A stretch of 64,000 nucleotides of DNA from the human T2T-CHM13v2.0 reference genome, Homo sapiens. The stretch is from NCBI RefSeq assembly GCF_009914755.1, contig NC_060936.1. One strand, written 5' to 3'. Position 1 is the stretch's first letter. Every line of letters begins with the position of its first letter. Positions 1-17,270 of this stretch are shown piece by piece. Below the pieces are notes generated by a model. It saw nothing but the letters and a program-made list of their open reading frames with translations. It was not told the origin of the DNA and did no database searches. The position numbers and the translations under genes are program-made.

Positions 1-72
1 GACCTCAGCTGATCAGCCTGCCTTGGCCTCCCAAAGTGCTGGGATTACAGGTATGAGCCATCGCACCCATCC
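1..72 (-). mobile_element. Alu, 5' end of left arm (rest lies outside window)
   Basis: Reverse complement of Alu start: ccttggcctcccaaagtgctgggattacaggtatgagcca. Confidence 0.9.
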
Positions 73-431
73 TGCAGTTATTTTTTATATTGAGCACTGA
101 GCCTGCCTCATGAAATTGATTTTAGAAATAAGTGGGATACATTGTACAGAGAGCAATAACTATACAATCTGCTAAAAACTGTTAAAAACTTCTCTGTGTG
201 TTTGATAGATGTAATGTGCACTATGATTAGCCTGCTATTCTAATGTGTAAACCATAGTTTTTAAATTTGTTTGTTTGCTTGTTTGTTTAAACATTGCTTC
301 CCCAGTGAAATGAAAGTTACTTTTACTTTGAGTCAGTGTTTAGAAACTGGGTGTGGATAAATGACCTTCAAAAGTAAAACACTGGAAAAATGTATAATGT
401 TTTTACAATGCTTTTAATATTGTATATGCAC

Positions 432-811
<380 letters not shown>

Positions 812-2619
812 TTAGCCTTTAGCTTTTCCTTAGGCCCAAACCACATCAAATGGGCCACACACAGACTCCTGAGGTCACTACCACTTTATGGTCATTTTAG
901 GAAGAAAAGGAAAGCAAACTCTCTCTTCATATTACGTTTTAGGCAAGGAATTCTCACAGGAAGAGTGAATATATATTTTTTCCTTTCTTTCTTTTTCTAC
1001 ACTAGGTGACCTGCTAGTCCCACTTTTCCTAAAGGTAGATTTTTAAGCCTACAAAATGAATCTTTAAAGCCAGTTTCAAGTGTACTTCATTGTGAGTAAG
1101 AGAAGCTTCAGAATCCAATATTATCTCACCAGAAAGCCACGTCCTCAGAAAATGCAGACAATTTCATTGGTTGTCATTCTTTTATCTTTAAGCCTTCAAC
1201 TCAACTCATGGACTTACTTATTTCTGAGAACCCTTTACAAGTCACAGTATCCTGTAATCATCTCACAAACTAAGTACAGTGTTTACGCATCACTTCACAT
1301 TTCCAACCTGAAATACTAAATATGGCATAGCACTTGTGTTACACAGAAGCCCAAGAATAAGAAATAAATAATATGGCATTGATAGATAAGACAGTAGGAT
1401 AATTTCCATTTGGAAAGCTTAGGTGATTAAAGGCTGTTTTCTTCTTTAACCAAGAGAGTGCATGTGGGTTTGTAGACACCGTATGCTGAAACACTTCTTA
1501 CCTAGGAAAAGGTGTCGTGTCACTCTTCAAAGGCACCAAACAGAACTCCTGGGCCAACCTGCTAATTCTTCTAGATGGTTCCTATCCAAAATCAATCATT
1601 CCCTGCCTCTTTTCAGATTTAATGAATGCACAGCCTGGGATTATGAGCTGCAGGCCAGAATCATTTAAATACTGTCAATTCCATATCAGGCATTACAATA
1701 GAATCTTAAGAATACTTAACAAAGTTTTAATATATATATGATATAGAGGCTGCCTCATTGAGCAATACAATTTAGAACTTGATAATTAATTAAATAATAT
1801 TATAAATTATATTAGGAAGGGCTTTAAAAATCATTAATAACTTCTGCTAAGCTATATGTTTTAAGTTTTTAAAATAAAATATAAATTTCTTCTTGCAAAA
1901 TTTTTTATTGCCCTTCACTTTACACTTTTTCTTTTAATTTTATCATTGCTCCTTACAAGTAAAGTACTTTGCTTTCCATTTGATTACATGTCAAAATCAT
2001 TCTTTTCCTGAGAACACTTAGCTTTTTATTTCTCTAATAACATTTTAGCCCCACCGCCGTGACCTATTATTTAACCTAAGGAAATTAGAGCAATATCTGA
2101 ACGAAAATTTATCTGAAGTGAAGGAAGAAAGAGGTTACTCATTGTGATTGTGCTAATTTTTTTTCTGTCTGTATTTCAAAGAGAAGTTTAAATGTTTTTG
2201 CATAGACATATAGAACATCAAAGAAAGATAATGAGGGAGTGAAATTTTTAATATCAAAACTTCACCATTGCTAAGAATTTTTTTCTATAGCTCAAAATAG
2301 AGAAAGCCAATGTTTAAGATGCTCTCAATAAAAAACATAAACACAATGTCAAAGGGAGATACAATTTATTGCAATTACTTAGCTCAAGAGTTTAGGTGGA
2401 TGGAGGTAAGAGGAGTATGTGTACAATACGTATTACCAATTATTATAATTACATGGGAGAGGGTAAAGTGTGGCAAAAGTAGTAAAATAAAAGACGTAAT
2501 ACACATCATAAAAGGCCAAAAATTTCTGGACTTACTGTAGTATGTAATAGGAGAAAAACTGAAGTCTCTTGGTGGGGGAGAGAGTGGCTTCCATGTCGTT
2601 CTGGATTTTCATTATATCT

Positions 2620-2990
2620 CAGGTGGGTTAGCATTAGGACTGATACATAGAAGACACTAAATAAATATTTGTTGAATGAATGAATGGAAAAATTTAATTG
2701 CTGCTTATTAAATAAGACTATTTTAAGTATTATTTTGGTTTTACGAAGTTTTGAAATGATAGTATAATTTAGACCTTGCTTTCAAATAGCTAAAATCTAG
2801 TGGGCAACATAGATATTTTCAAGTAATTCTATTACTGTACGAAATGTGCAAAGTTATGAGATAGAGATATAAACAAAATTCTGTGGTAACAGGTATGGGA
2901 AGGTGGAGAACAGGTGAACTAATTGTAACTGAAATGATAAGGAAAGACTTGACAGGTTAATGAGAGCTTGAAACCAGCCTGAGAAAAACT
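2620..2990. mobile_element. L2 3' fragments in opposite orientations
   Basis: L2 terminus taaatatttgttgaatgaatgaatg on +, then degenerate antisense L2 (gaccttgctttcaaatagctaaaatctagtggg). Confidence 0.55.
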
Positions 2991-3024
2991 ACTAGTGTGG
3001 AGAACTCTCTGTCTTAAGGAATAG

Positions 3025-3509
3025 AGAGTGGTCATGGATGCTTTGTAGGTGAGAAAAAGAAATAGACCTAGAAATGCCCCACTCGTATTCTTATTCCCTT
3101 ACAGATTCAGTTCATGATTGGTGGCTTCCAAGTGCCAGCCTCTATACTTCTTTGACTTGGGACTATCTCTGGTCATAGGAGCCTTTGTGGGCAGGATAAA
3201 AATTCTGGGAAATAAATGTGCTTCACTTCTCTTTATGCAGCCCATAACTAATGAATGACAGAACCCTTGGCCCTCAGGAGAATACTCTGAGGCATGATTC
3301 TACACCATTTCTCAGTGATTCCCAGTGGGATTAAGCTATAGTTGCCCACAGTTGTAAATTGCTTGATAATGCACATTTTAATGTTTTCCTTCTCTTTCAT
3401 ATCTTATATCCCCACTTTACTGATATTTCTTAGGATCACTTCAAAAATAAAATGCTTGCACTTATATCCTTTCACGAATGTCTGCTTCCGGGGAAGACTA
3501 ACTAAGACA
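3025..3509 (+). mobile_element. LTR16-family (ERVL) 5' LTR
   Basis: Typical LTR16 3' end: aataaaatgcttgcactt...tctgcttccggggaagactaactaagaca; internal cccagtgggattaagct; 5' boundary approximate. Confidence 0.75.
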
Positions 3510-4800
3510 GTTGATAATGGAAGTGGAATTCTAGAATTGCATCACTGTTGACCACATGGTGATAATTCACATCTCTGATGAAAATAGGTAATGATAGTGC
3601 TTGATATTCTGTAACATCACAATTACCTTTGGTTAGTTGTCTTGAGAATATATGGAAGGAAATGCACTGCTTATACAATTTTTCTGTTAGTTGACAAATA
3701 TGAGGGCAATCGTAATTATAAAAAAATATAAATGTGGTTGGTTGCTGTTGAGTGTCACCAATGTGTCAAAGAAAGAAAATGACTGGTTCTGATTAGCCAA
3801 CTATCAACATCGGGTACATTGTGAAAGTCAGAAGGCTTCTAGGGTGGCATTCAAAGAGAGTCTCACATTCTGAAGTAAGAGGGCAGACAGTTCTGAAAAT
3901 TAAGCCAGCACCTTATTGTGAGATTAATGAAGTTAGAAGGAAGGTTATATTTACAGCCCCAGCCGTCTTTTATAGTAAAGTTTGCTCCCTTAGGGAAGAG
4001 ATGAGAATTTAAGAAGGAAGAGGGATATTTGGGTGGATGTGCCTAAAAAACCTCTAAATCTCAGATTTTCCTTACCCTTTCGAACAATTCTGTTGACCCA
4101 CTCACCTACTCCTAATTTCTAGAAGATAGATGCTTCTTTCTGCCTGGAGACCATGCAAAGTCCTCATCTAAGGCAGTAGCCTTAGAAAATAACACTCATC
4201 CTCCTAGGATCTGCCTTTACATTCCAATATTAGTTTGAACCAATAACTAAGGTAAGGTCTTGGCTTGGCCTTATTGAAAATTATTGTCCCTGCTATGGAA
4301 GGAAAGGGTTTAGTCACTGAAAAACCTGCAGGACCTGGCTAATATATACTTGCAGAAACCAAGGTAAAGTGCCTTGGAATACACTTCACAGTGCTGTAAT
4401 AGAGGGACAGAATGTAAAGCTGGATAAGGGAGGGTGCATTGATATATGAACACCCTTCTGTGACTCAGGACTTAGTGTTCTGACTAGTATACCTGGAACG
4501 AATCCTAATATACTGCTGGGATGATTCCTTGAAGCTTGGAACAAAATTTGCTTACAGTAAATGAGACTGAGATGCTGAAACTATCTTGACTGAGAATTGA
4601 GAAAGAGGTAAAAGACTAATAGAAGTGGGGATGCTAGAGTGGATTTATTATATAAAATATAGAGAACCTACTAGTTAACTGTTTCTCAAGAGGGCCCAGA
4701 AAACACTGTTTTCATCAAAGTGGAAAAGAAAGAACTAGTCAAGGTGTTATATTTGCTTACCTCTGTAGGGCAAGACTAATGCTGGATGATGCTACGGAGG
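3510..4800 (+). mobile_element. ERVL (HERV16/ERV3-16A3-type) internal region with decayed gag
   Basis: Abuts LTR end; residual translations QNVKLDKGGCID (~4408-4443) and EVGMLEWIY (4622-4648) resemble ERV-L Gag; many stops and frameshifts. Confidence 0.75.
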
Positions 4801-5577
4801 TAAAGAATTGTATGTATATTTCAGAACAAAATATATAATGAGTTCATATTGGTTCTTCCAAGACAACTGTAGGGCTAGAGACCTTTTGTTTATTCTCAAA
4901 TAGCTTAAATCTGTATCCACTTTCTTTCGTATTAAGAATCCTAGTTCTTAATGACATCGACATAATTATTCAAACCCATAATATACACAAAATAGTCTCA
5001 GGATAACAATACCAACACAATCATCAATAATGTGATTACTGACAACAGCTTAATATGTTTTTGCAGTTCTTATTATCTTGAGGAACTTCCCACTAGTTTT
5101 TAATTTTTGTATTTTAAAATCACATGAAATAGTTACTCTGTTTGATAATGTCACAAAATCAATAGGCAGTTAAGATCATTTGCTTCATTTAGCTTTCTAT
5201 TTTTAGAGACTGCTTCCAAAAATTGTTTTATAATTATATAAAATATGTGTAAGCTTCCTAAGTCAAATGTGCAAAACAAGGTATATTTAGAAAAGTCTAA
5301 TTTTTATTTCAGATCTCTCTACTCTGTTACCTTCCTGTGTCTATAGGTAAATATTAGAAACAGTTTTATGGCTTCTCCTTCCATTTCTTAAATATAAGAA
5401 AGATGCATTTATATTCATAACTTTACTTCCTTTTGCTAATATGCTTGATATACTTTTTCTTCTCACCTTACTTATTTAACAACATATACTGAAGACTATC
5501 TTATAGGAGAACATAAAGATATCCCTCACACCTGTGAAAGCCATATGTGACTCCTTTGGGTGGATGTACCTTTTATT

Positions 5578-6340
<763 letters not shown>

Positions 6341-6611
6341 AGTCAACTACATTCCCTATTCATGGCCATTCAGGGCTTGTTTCCAGTCTTTTGCTGTTAT
6401 AAATAGTGCTGACATGAGCCACCTTGGGCATCTGACATTTTTGCTAGATATTTAAACATTCTCCTATATCAGAGTTGTAGCCTTTTTACATCCCTACTGG
6501 CATTGTGTGGACTACCAATTTCCATGTGGCTTCAACAACAAAACTATAGTGTCAAACTGTTAGACCTTCACCAATTTAACAGCAGAGAACTGTCATAGCA
6601 TAATTCAAAAC

Positions 6612-7330
6612 ATGTGATAAAATATATATAACATAAAATATGCATTTTAAGTATTTTTAAGTATGCGATTCAGTGTCATTAAGTACATTCACAGTGTTAT
6701 GTAACCATCACCACTATCAGTTTCCAAATCTTTTCTATCACTGCAAATAGAGACTCTGTAACTATTAAACGATAATTTATAAATCTTCCCTCCCCTGTAC
6801 CTGTTAATCTCCACTTTATTTTCTGGGTCTATGAATTTGCCTATTCTAGATATTTTGTGTAAGTGCAATCAGTATTTGCCCTTTTGTGACTGGCTTATTT
6901 CACTTAGCTTAATGTTTTTAAGGTCCATCCATGTTGTATCAGACCTTCTTTCCTTTCATCACTGAATAATAATCTATTGTATGTATTCTATGTGCCACAT
7001 TTCGTTTATTCATTCATCTGTTCATGAATACTTGGGTTGTTTACACCTTTTGGCTATTGTAAATAATGCAGCTATGAACATAGGCGTACAAATGTCTAGT
7101 TCGTGTTTTCAATTCTTATGGGTATATATCATACCCAAAAGGAGTAGAATTGCTGGGCCATATGGTGATTCTATGTTTAACTTTTTGAGGAACTGCCAAA
7201 TGGTTTTCCGCAGCTGCTGTACCATTTTACATTCCCAACAGCAATTTCAATTTCTCCACATCTTTGTCAACACTTGTGATTTTCTGTTGTGTGTGTGTAT
7301 GTGAATATAGCCATTCTAGTAGGTCGTAAT
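6612..7330 (-). mobile_element. L1MB-type 3' end
   Basis: cattaagtacattcacagtgttatgtaaccatcaccactatc; gactggcttatttcacttagc; ctatgtttaactttttgaggaactgccaaa. Confidence 0.8.
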
Positions 7331-7588
7331 GGTGCAATTTTAATATACATTTTTATTATTAATGAAGCTGAGTATGATTTTATATGGCTAAGGATCATTC
7401 ACATTTCTTTTTTTTAAATTATCTTCTCATCTGTCAGCCCCTCCAATGAACGTACTTAGAGATGACCTTATGTAGGTAGACTGGACGGGACTTGGTACCC
7501 AGCTAAATGCAAGGAATGACAAAAGAATGGGTGCTTCATCCTAGTTTCTAGGCCTGTGTAACTGGGAAGATGAGATCACTGTTAATAC

Positions 7589-8977
7589 TGTCATGGGACT
7601 CTTGGAGTATTGCTTTTTTGGCTGGAAACCTCTGTGGCCAGTGGCACCTTTGCCCAAGTTTTGCTTGGGCATCCAGGAGCCGGCATAGGTGTCTGCTCCC
7701 TGCAAGACTGCAGCTGGACCAGGTGTACTGTAAGCAGGCAGCTTCCACAGCTGGCACTGGGGAACATGGTGGTGGCCAGAAGCTTGGAGACACCAGGAAC
7801 TGCAGAGCTCCAAAGAGGGTGTCACAGGCCTGTATCAGGAATCTCCTAGGTCTGGGCTCCCTGAAGGGCCACAGCTCTTCCCTCCTTCTCTCTTCTCTCC
7901 TTCTTGTCACCCGCAATGTGGCAAGCAAGGGGTGTGTTTCAGCCCTGTTTGTGTTATAGCTCCTTTAGCCCCACCACTTGGCAGGTCCTGAGTTCTTGTC
8001 CTGTATCCAGGAAGAATGAGGTATGTGGACATGTTGAGGATGAGCAAGGTGAAGAGGAGCTTTATCAAACAACAGAACAGCTCAGAGGAGACCCAGGAGG
8101 GAGCTACAGGCAAGGTGTCCCAACAAGTGTTCAGCTCTCAGCAGAGAGGAGACCCTGGAGTGCTTAGCTCCTCTCCGCAGGCAGGTCTTCCCATTGAGTG
8201 TTCAGCTCTTAGCAGAAAGGAGACCCTAGAGTGAGTAGCTCCTTTCCACAGCTGGTCGTCCCAAGTGCTCGAGGCTGGCTGAGTCTGGGGTTTTTATGGG
8301 CTTCAGAGGGGAGGAAGTGGGTGCTGTTTGGTCCATGGGAGGCCATGGGTGCACCTGGAAAAAGCACCATAAGTTCTTACTGTGATCTGTGGGATGGGCA
8401 GCCTGGCCCGCAGGTTTCAGGCCTACCCCCAGCTTGAAGGCAGGACTTCACCAGGGCCCTGTCTTTTTGCTCTTGAGCCTGTCTGTCTCCTGCCACTGTT
8501 CATGGTGTCCAGGCTGTTCATGCCAAGGGGTGCTTGCAGGTCAGTGTCGAGCTGCTCTCAGCACCCCCTGGGCCTCCTTCCAGTGCTTATTGGCACCTAA
8601 AGTCTGGAGGCAGCCAAGGTGTCAGGAAGCTAGTGTGTCAGCACTGCCCTGTGCATGCACACACCTGGCTGGGTTGCTATAGCACCTGGGCTCGGCCTCA
8701 ATTTTGCACTAAGATTGGAGTGGGTGCCGGGAGTGGGGAGAGGCCAGGCAGCAGGAGCAGGCACTTCCAAGCCTGCAGGGGCAGGGGGATCCTTCCTGGG
8801 CCCCTGATAATGCAGTGATGTCTGGGTCCACAGCCATGGCTTGAGTGGCTGTAGCTGCGCCCAAGAGGGCGGAGGCTCCTGCCCGCTCTGTGGAGCACAC
8901 AGAGCTCTGGCCGTGCCTCCCCACTGCAGCCAGCATCTTGGCAGTGGTCACTCCAGATGGGCCACCTCTTCCATTGA
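7589..8977 (-). mobile_element. MER52-family ERV1 solo LTR
   Basis: GC-rich 1.4 kb; ggaaacctctgtggcc near left end and ctccagatgggccacctc near right end are reverse complements of MER52 termini; explains the ORF cluster at 7541-9041. Confidence 0.8.
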
Positions 8978-9599
8978 TATGACGCTTTGAGAATGATTGA
9001 GAATTATTATTTTGATAATAGGATAAATAAGAAGGAGGCAAGGTGGGGAGATTAACTATAAGAATAAATTCTCTAGGGCTTAAATGTTAAGAAGTTGAAT
9101 GAGATAAAAAGGCAAGTTTAAAAGATAATGCAAATGAACTTTTAAAAATTATGACTTGATATTAGATTCTTGAAGATGAAGAAGATAACAGAGCAAAATG
9201 TGACCTGAGATTTATAGCCCTGGGGATTAGGTATTTGTGTCACAGAAATAAAATAGGATCATATGCAATGCCCTAATATGACTTTTGCTCTATAATTGGA
9301 GATCAATCTTAACATGCAAATACTCCTAAGAGGGTTGTTAGTGAATATGTTTACACTAAAATATAAATGATTTCTATCAGAGTTCCATTTATGAGCAGGT
9401 TCTGATTAGGATAAGAGGAGACTGGTGCACAGAGAACTGTAGAAGGGCAGTTGGTATGGGGCCAAGAGGAGACCCAGAGTAGGGAAAAGGAAGCCCAAAG
9501 GGCCAGTGGGAGCGAAAAAAAAAAAAAAATCACATTATTATTTTCAATCACTTTCTGTGAAGGTGGCATAGAATGAAAGGCAATGCTTAACCTTTTTGG

Positions 9600-10200
<601 letters not shown>

Positions 10201-10247
10201 TATAACAGTTTTCACGGTGGGGGCTTAGTAATTGAAAGTGGAATGCA

Positions 10248-10940
<693 letters not shown>

Positions 10941-11037
10941 CTAATCTTAGAAAATGGCTTGTATATCTTAATAGTATCATGGATATTTATGTCTCTTTCC
11001 TAACCTTAATAAAGGACATTTAAAACTGGCATACTAT

Positions 11038-11398
<361 letters not shown>

Positions 11399-12859
11399 TC
11401 ACATCATCTTATATTTCAAAACTTTCAGATTTTTAAAAGGACATTTGAGTTCACTTACAAAATAAATGAACTGAACTGTATAATGAAAAAATAAAATCAG
11501 TTTGCGTTTTTCAGGCAAAACATGTTGCCAACATCTGTGTGAAGATGTGATGTGATCTTCTCAATGAACAATGTTAAGAGCCACTGAGTAAGCTAAAATA
11601 ATAGTCTTGTCTGTAGTCAGTGTGTTGACAAGAAAACAAAAGGAAAGTGTAGAGTAAACACAGGACAAGATTATACAAAGAGAGTAGTTAAAAATAATAA
11701 AAACACTACATAACAAAAGAACCACTATAATGTAGCAGACAATGTTAAGTTCTTTTCCAATTAAATCTTTGGTTTCCCATATGGAGGCACCAAACCTGCT
11801 TTTCATTTTCTAAAATCAATTCCAAAGGGCTGTCCTTATGTCACCTTGAAAGTGTTTCCTAAAATTGCAGATTCAAGATTCTTTCAATGTAGTTTCCAAG
11901 TTCTGACCCATCCATTGGCTTCCAATGAGCATTCTTAAAACCTTCCTTAAGACAACCTTTTGATCTGCATTTCCAGAGCATTTTATCCTTTATAGAAGCG
12001 GCCTAACTTTATGCTTGATAAATCTTAAAGAGAAGTTGCTTCACCAAGGTTGGCAATGTAAAGAACTCCTAAAATGTATTCCTGTTGTGTGTGAGCTTTC
12101 TAGCAACATCAGACAATGTTGTGAGGAAAACACATGTGCTTCCTTTTGTTCTTTATCTGGAACCAGTGCTTGTTCATATTCTGCGATTCTTCAGTCTAAG
12201 TTGGGGCTTATTTTGTTATCACCGTCTATTTTACCTAGGATCTGAAAGGTGTATATGAATACAAGAAACAGTCTATATTCTAACAGGTAATAAATTTATC
12301 TCTAAAAACAGTTGAGCCTTTGTCTTTTGAATCTTAACGCTTCTGTAATTGTCACAGGGTGGTAAGATAAGCATACAATGGTGGATGATTTTTAATTTCC
12401 TGAGGGAATATTTCTCAGGATGCCAAGGAAGATGAAGATATGATTTTTAAAAAAATAGAATGGCAAGATTTTTTTTGAATAGCTCTTTTCTTTTTCATGT
12501 TTTATTGTTGAAAACATCTATTAACTTTATATTTAGTAAAAGAGATTCATTTTAAGTCTGAATGCCAGTCCCACATAAATTAGGCAACAAGTAAGGATAA
12601 GCACTTACAGGTTTAAAAGATCTTGGTAATAAACTAGCCACCTTGCATGTATTCATATACATAAACGTTAAGATATCCCTTTGTCCACAGAGCATTGCAT
12701 TTACTTGGCCTCCCAGATGCCTTAGGGCAGGCCTCTCCTGACTCCTTTGACTTTTAGCCAAGTTCCTTTTTGAATTTGTTTTACCCACTTTTTACTTTAT
12801 CGGGAAATCTGGTAGAATTCAGTGTTCCTTATGTTACAATTTGGGTTTCAGTGATAGAG

Positions 12860-13100
12860 ACACAGTTAAAAGAGTACTGGTTTGGGGGCAGAACAGTCAG
12901 TTACCAGTTACAGGTCCGCTGCTAACTGACTGTGTGACTGTGGTCAAGTTACTTAGCATCTTTGAACTTTATTTTCCTAAGCTATAAAATATGGATAATG
13001 CATCTCTCTGCCTAAATCACAGGGCTAGGGGTGTTGTATGGAAAAGAAAGTGGGAGTCAGCATTCAGAAGATGACAAAGTATTTTACAAATGTTGAATTA
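12860..13100 (+). mobile_element. MIR
   Basis: MIR core ctgtgtgactgtggtcaagttacttagcatctttgaactttattttcc...taaaatatggataat. Confidence 0.7.
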
Positions 13101-13244
13101 CTGCATCATGATGATGACTATGAGCTATCTTATAGTCTGTAAAAAACTGTTGAGACCACTCCTTCAACTTGGAAAGCAGGAGAAAAGAAAGGCATGGACT
13201 TACATAAATCATTCTATATAGTATTTTTCATATGTTAGATTGCT

Positions 13245-13507
13245 GCCTGCTAAGGTTGTGAAATCATATGTTGGTTGCTACTACCATTTTTAAAAGAATG
13301 GAATAATATAGAAATAATAGAACAGGACAGAAAATATCAGAGTTTGTCTCTCATAAGTAAGGGTTAGTAGCCAAAAGTCAGGGTAAGTATTACTTCAGAA
13401 AACTTTTTTCAGTGTGTATGTGTGTATGCAAATACTTGTGCTGGGTTGTGATGTAATATGTATATGCAATTAGTGGATCACAGTTTAAAAGTTTTGAAAG
13501 CCATCAC
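13245..13507. mobile_element. hAT-Charlie-type MITE (subfamily not determined)
   Basis: gaaaatatcagagt...gggtaagtatt...tgggttgtgatgtaa...aaaagttttgaaagcca. Confidence 0.5.
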
Positions 13508-13689
13508 TTTATGACGCAGCTGTGTCAGATCATCTGCTGTGTTTTCCCCTTCAAGTCTACCCCAGTCCCTCAGATGCCTCGTGCTTTAGCTAGACAGTGC
13601 AAGGAGTACATAGGGATAAGGTAGGAGGGTAAGCTGGTTTCTTTAGGGCAATTCTCCACCCTCCTCTCAGTCTTGTATAATCTGAGAGT

Positions 13690-13830
13690 AGCACCAGCAA
13701 GTGGAAAGGGAGCTGGTCTAAGAGTCGTAAGACTGAGTCCTAGAGTGGCTTCATTTATTTTCATCTCTTGGACCTTGGAAAAGTTCTGTAACCATTCTGA
13801 CTTTCATCTCTTAATCTGTAAATTTGGGAT
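13690..13830 (+). mobile_element. MIR
   Basis: gaccttggaaaagtt...ttcatctcttaatctgtaaatttggg. Confidence 0.55.
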
Positions 13831-14269
13831 TAATTAATATATTGAATACATACTTATGAAGCACGTGCTGGGCCAGGAACCTGACTAAGAGCTAAAAATA
13901 TGGCGGTGATCAAGATAAACAACAGTTCTTGCTCACTAGGGATTTTAACTCTAATTTATTAAGGTTCTGAAAATCACATTTGATAAAATACGTAATGTGG
14001 CTTAAAACCTTCCATTTTAGATGCCAAGTGTGACACCCTTGCTTCTTGAAATATGGTGAAAATAAACTAGAATACCTATTTTCATGACCTGAAGAGATTA
14101 AAAAAAATCTCCAAAGACTTCTGAAATGGACTGGTGGACATATACATTCATATCACATTTGACCCAATTGCTGTTACACTACTGATTTCCTTCCTTGTAT
14201 CTTACATTCCTTTTACCCAGTTTAGACTCTGTTCATCTTTGTGATCCTTTCTGTCCTCTCTCTTGCTGG

Positions 14270-15030
14270 TTTATTTCTCCTCCTTCCTCCCTTGACAAAA
14301 TCCCATCCTTTGGGCATATGTCCAGGTCACTGCACACTTCGCAATGCAGCAGAACAGTTTATCACAGCTAGAGAAAGAAACAGACTGGCTGGCTGACTGG
14401 ATTCCCTTTAAATTTATGAGTAATAAAATCAAGAGGGCTCTTATAGTTGCCTCACTGTATTTCCCTGGCCAATTTCTTATCCCACTCTCCAAGACAAAGA
14501 TCACACACATTGTTCTTTCGCCTCAAGCCTCCAAAATCCCTTCTCTACTGTTCACTACAAGCTGATCGCCTTGCTGCTTATTTTACTGAGAAAATATTTT
14601 TAAAAATCAGAGGATCACTTCTAATCTGTTCCCTGCTAAATGTCCCCATCTACCCATATGTGTTCCCAAAGCCTCTGCCTTTCTTCCTGTTTGAATGGAT
14701 GGATGCTAAGGGAAACCTCTCCACCTGCAGGCTGAATTCTATTCCATTTCACTTTGCCTTAAAGTGAAGTCTTCCTGTGTCGTTATGGTTTTTTATCCTA
14801 ACAATACTTTAAGGATTAAGGACTCTGCCTTTCCCATTACCCTACCAGCATCATCATTTCTCCCTGCATTCTGAGGATGCTTCCCCTCATCATTACACAA
14901 ACACACCATTATATCGCCCATCTTCAGACAAAAACGAACGCCTTAGTGAATTCCACTTTCTTTTTTAACAATCACACCATTCTTTGGTCTAATTGATGGC
15001 AAAAGTCTCAAATTTGATTCCTTTATTTCC
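14270..15030 (+). mobile_element. L2 internal fragment
   Basis: gctgatcgccttgctgcttattttactgagaaaat and pyrimidine-rich L2 ORF2-type sequence. Confidence 0.6.
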
Positions 15031-15234
15031 ATTATTATTATTATTATTGATACATGAGTACTTTAGAAATGTGTTTTTTAAGATTCCTTAACTACTAGGG
15101 TTTAGATGACTGACTTTTAAATGTAATTATGTTGCAATCAGTGGAATTGGTTGAGGCTTCTTATAATTATAGCCCGACACATAGTCAATTGTTGTATATG
15201 TACCCTTTGCACCTGAAAAACAAAAGTGCTTCTC

Positions 15235-15610
15235 TGATATGGTTAGGCTTTGTGTCCCCACCCAAATCTCATCTTGGATTATAATCCCCATAATCCCCAC
15301 ATGTCATGGGAGAGACCAGGTGGAGGTAATTGAATCATAGGGGTGGTTTTCCTCATGCTGTTCATGGGATAGTGAGTGAGTTCTCACAAGATCTGATGGT
15401 TTTGTAAGGGATTCTTTCCTGTTCACTCGGCACTTCTTCTTGCCACCTTGTGGAGAAGGTGCCTTGTTTTCCCTTCATCTTCTGCCATGACGGTAAGTTT
15501 CTTGAGGCCTCCCCAGCCGTGCTGAACTGTGAGTCAATTAAACCTCTTGCCATTATAAATTACCCAGTATCGAGAAGTTCTTTTAAGCAGTATGAAAATG
15601 GACTAATACA
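15235..15610 (+). mobile_element. THE1D-like MaLR solo LTR
   Basis: tgatatggttaggctttgtgtccccacccaaatctcatc...aactgtgagtcaattaaacctc...aatggactaataca; TG...CA ends. Confidence 0.9.
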
Positions 15611-15680
15611 ATTTCTAATTGTTGTGTTGAATAGTCTACATATGCCCTTTAGATCAAGCTTATTAATTTTATTGTTTACA

Positions 15681-15984
<304 letters not shown>

Positions 15985-17227
15985 TATTGTTTACATCTTA
16001 TACAACTTATTAAAATTGTTTCTGTTTATCTATTAATTCCTGAGAAAGATATGTTGAAGTATCTTGTGTTGGAGGTAGATTTTTCTGTTTTTATTTCATA
16101 GTTCTGTTCATTTTTGCTTTATATTGTGAGGTTACGTTTTAAAATCTTCTTGGTGCATTACATATTTTATTATTATATACGTATCTTTTTTAGCTATAAT
16201 AATTTTTCCTTAAAGACCATTTAGACTAATATTAACACAGCCACACTGCTTTCTTTTATTATATATTCCTGTTATATCTTTTTCTATCACTGAACTTTAA
16301 ATCTTTCTGTGTCCTTATGGTCTTTTATTCTAATAATACTTTACTGAAGAGGAATTACATGCAGTAAATGAGGTATAACTTGCATAAATTTGATGAATTT
16401 TTAACTTATATATACACTCTATAATCCTACCTAGATCAAGATAGAAAACATTTGTATCACTATCCCTCTACATAAGATGCCACTGCTCTCTAACCACTTT
16501 TATCACCATAGTTTTGTTTAAAAAATTCAATGGTCATTTAAGAAAATTTCAAGAAGAAAATAAAGTCTTTAATTTACGTACTTAATTACCATTTTTGTTG
16601 CTCTTCATTCGTTTCTATAGATTTTGCTTTATATCTGGTCTCATTTTCCTTTGGTTTGAAGAACTTCCTTTAATGTAGATCTCCCAGCAGTGAATTTGCT
16701 CAGCTTTTTCTAAATCTGAAAAAGTTTATATTTCACGCTTATTTTTGAAAGATAGTTTTGTGATATAAAATTTTGAAGTGACAATTACTCTTTTTTAGCA
16801 CTTTAGAGGTATTGTTCTGTTGCCTCTGAATTTATCTTTTGCAGATGAGAAGTCAGTGGAAATACTTATTGTTCCTTGGTATGTAACATATCATTTTTTA
16901 TCTAGTTGCTTTAAAAATATTTTTATCTTTCTTAGTATTTCCTGGCATTATTTTATATTTTGATTTATTGTTAGCTCTCTTACTTTCTAGAATCTAAGCC
17001 CTCTGAGGAAAGGAAACTTGTGTTTCCATCCTCCTTGCCTAGAATAGCAAGTATGCAATTACTATTTTCTGATTAAATGAAGGAATGAGTGCAAACTGTG
17101 GCCTCTGCTTCTCTGTTTCCCTTTATCTTCACTCTTAGAAAACAAAAATGAGAAACTCACTGATTTCACCAAAATCTCTTTTATACAAAACATTTGTAAA
17201 GATAATAGACTTTAACTACCATATAGT

Positions 17228-17270
17228 ACACACACACACACATACACACACACAGGGTCATACATACACA
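17228..17270 (+). repeat. Imperfect (CA)n
   Basis: acacacacacacacatacacacacac. Confidence 0.85.

Noticed and set aside
7541-9041. Dense overlapping ORFs suggesting a gene or CpG island
   Set aside because: All lie in the GC-rich, CpG-depleted MER52 LTR
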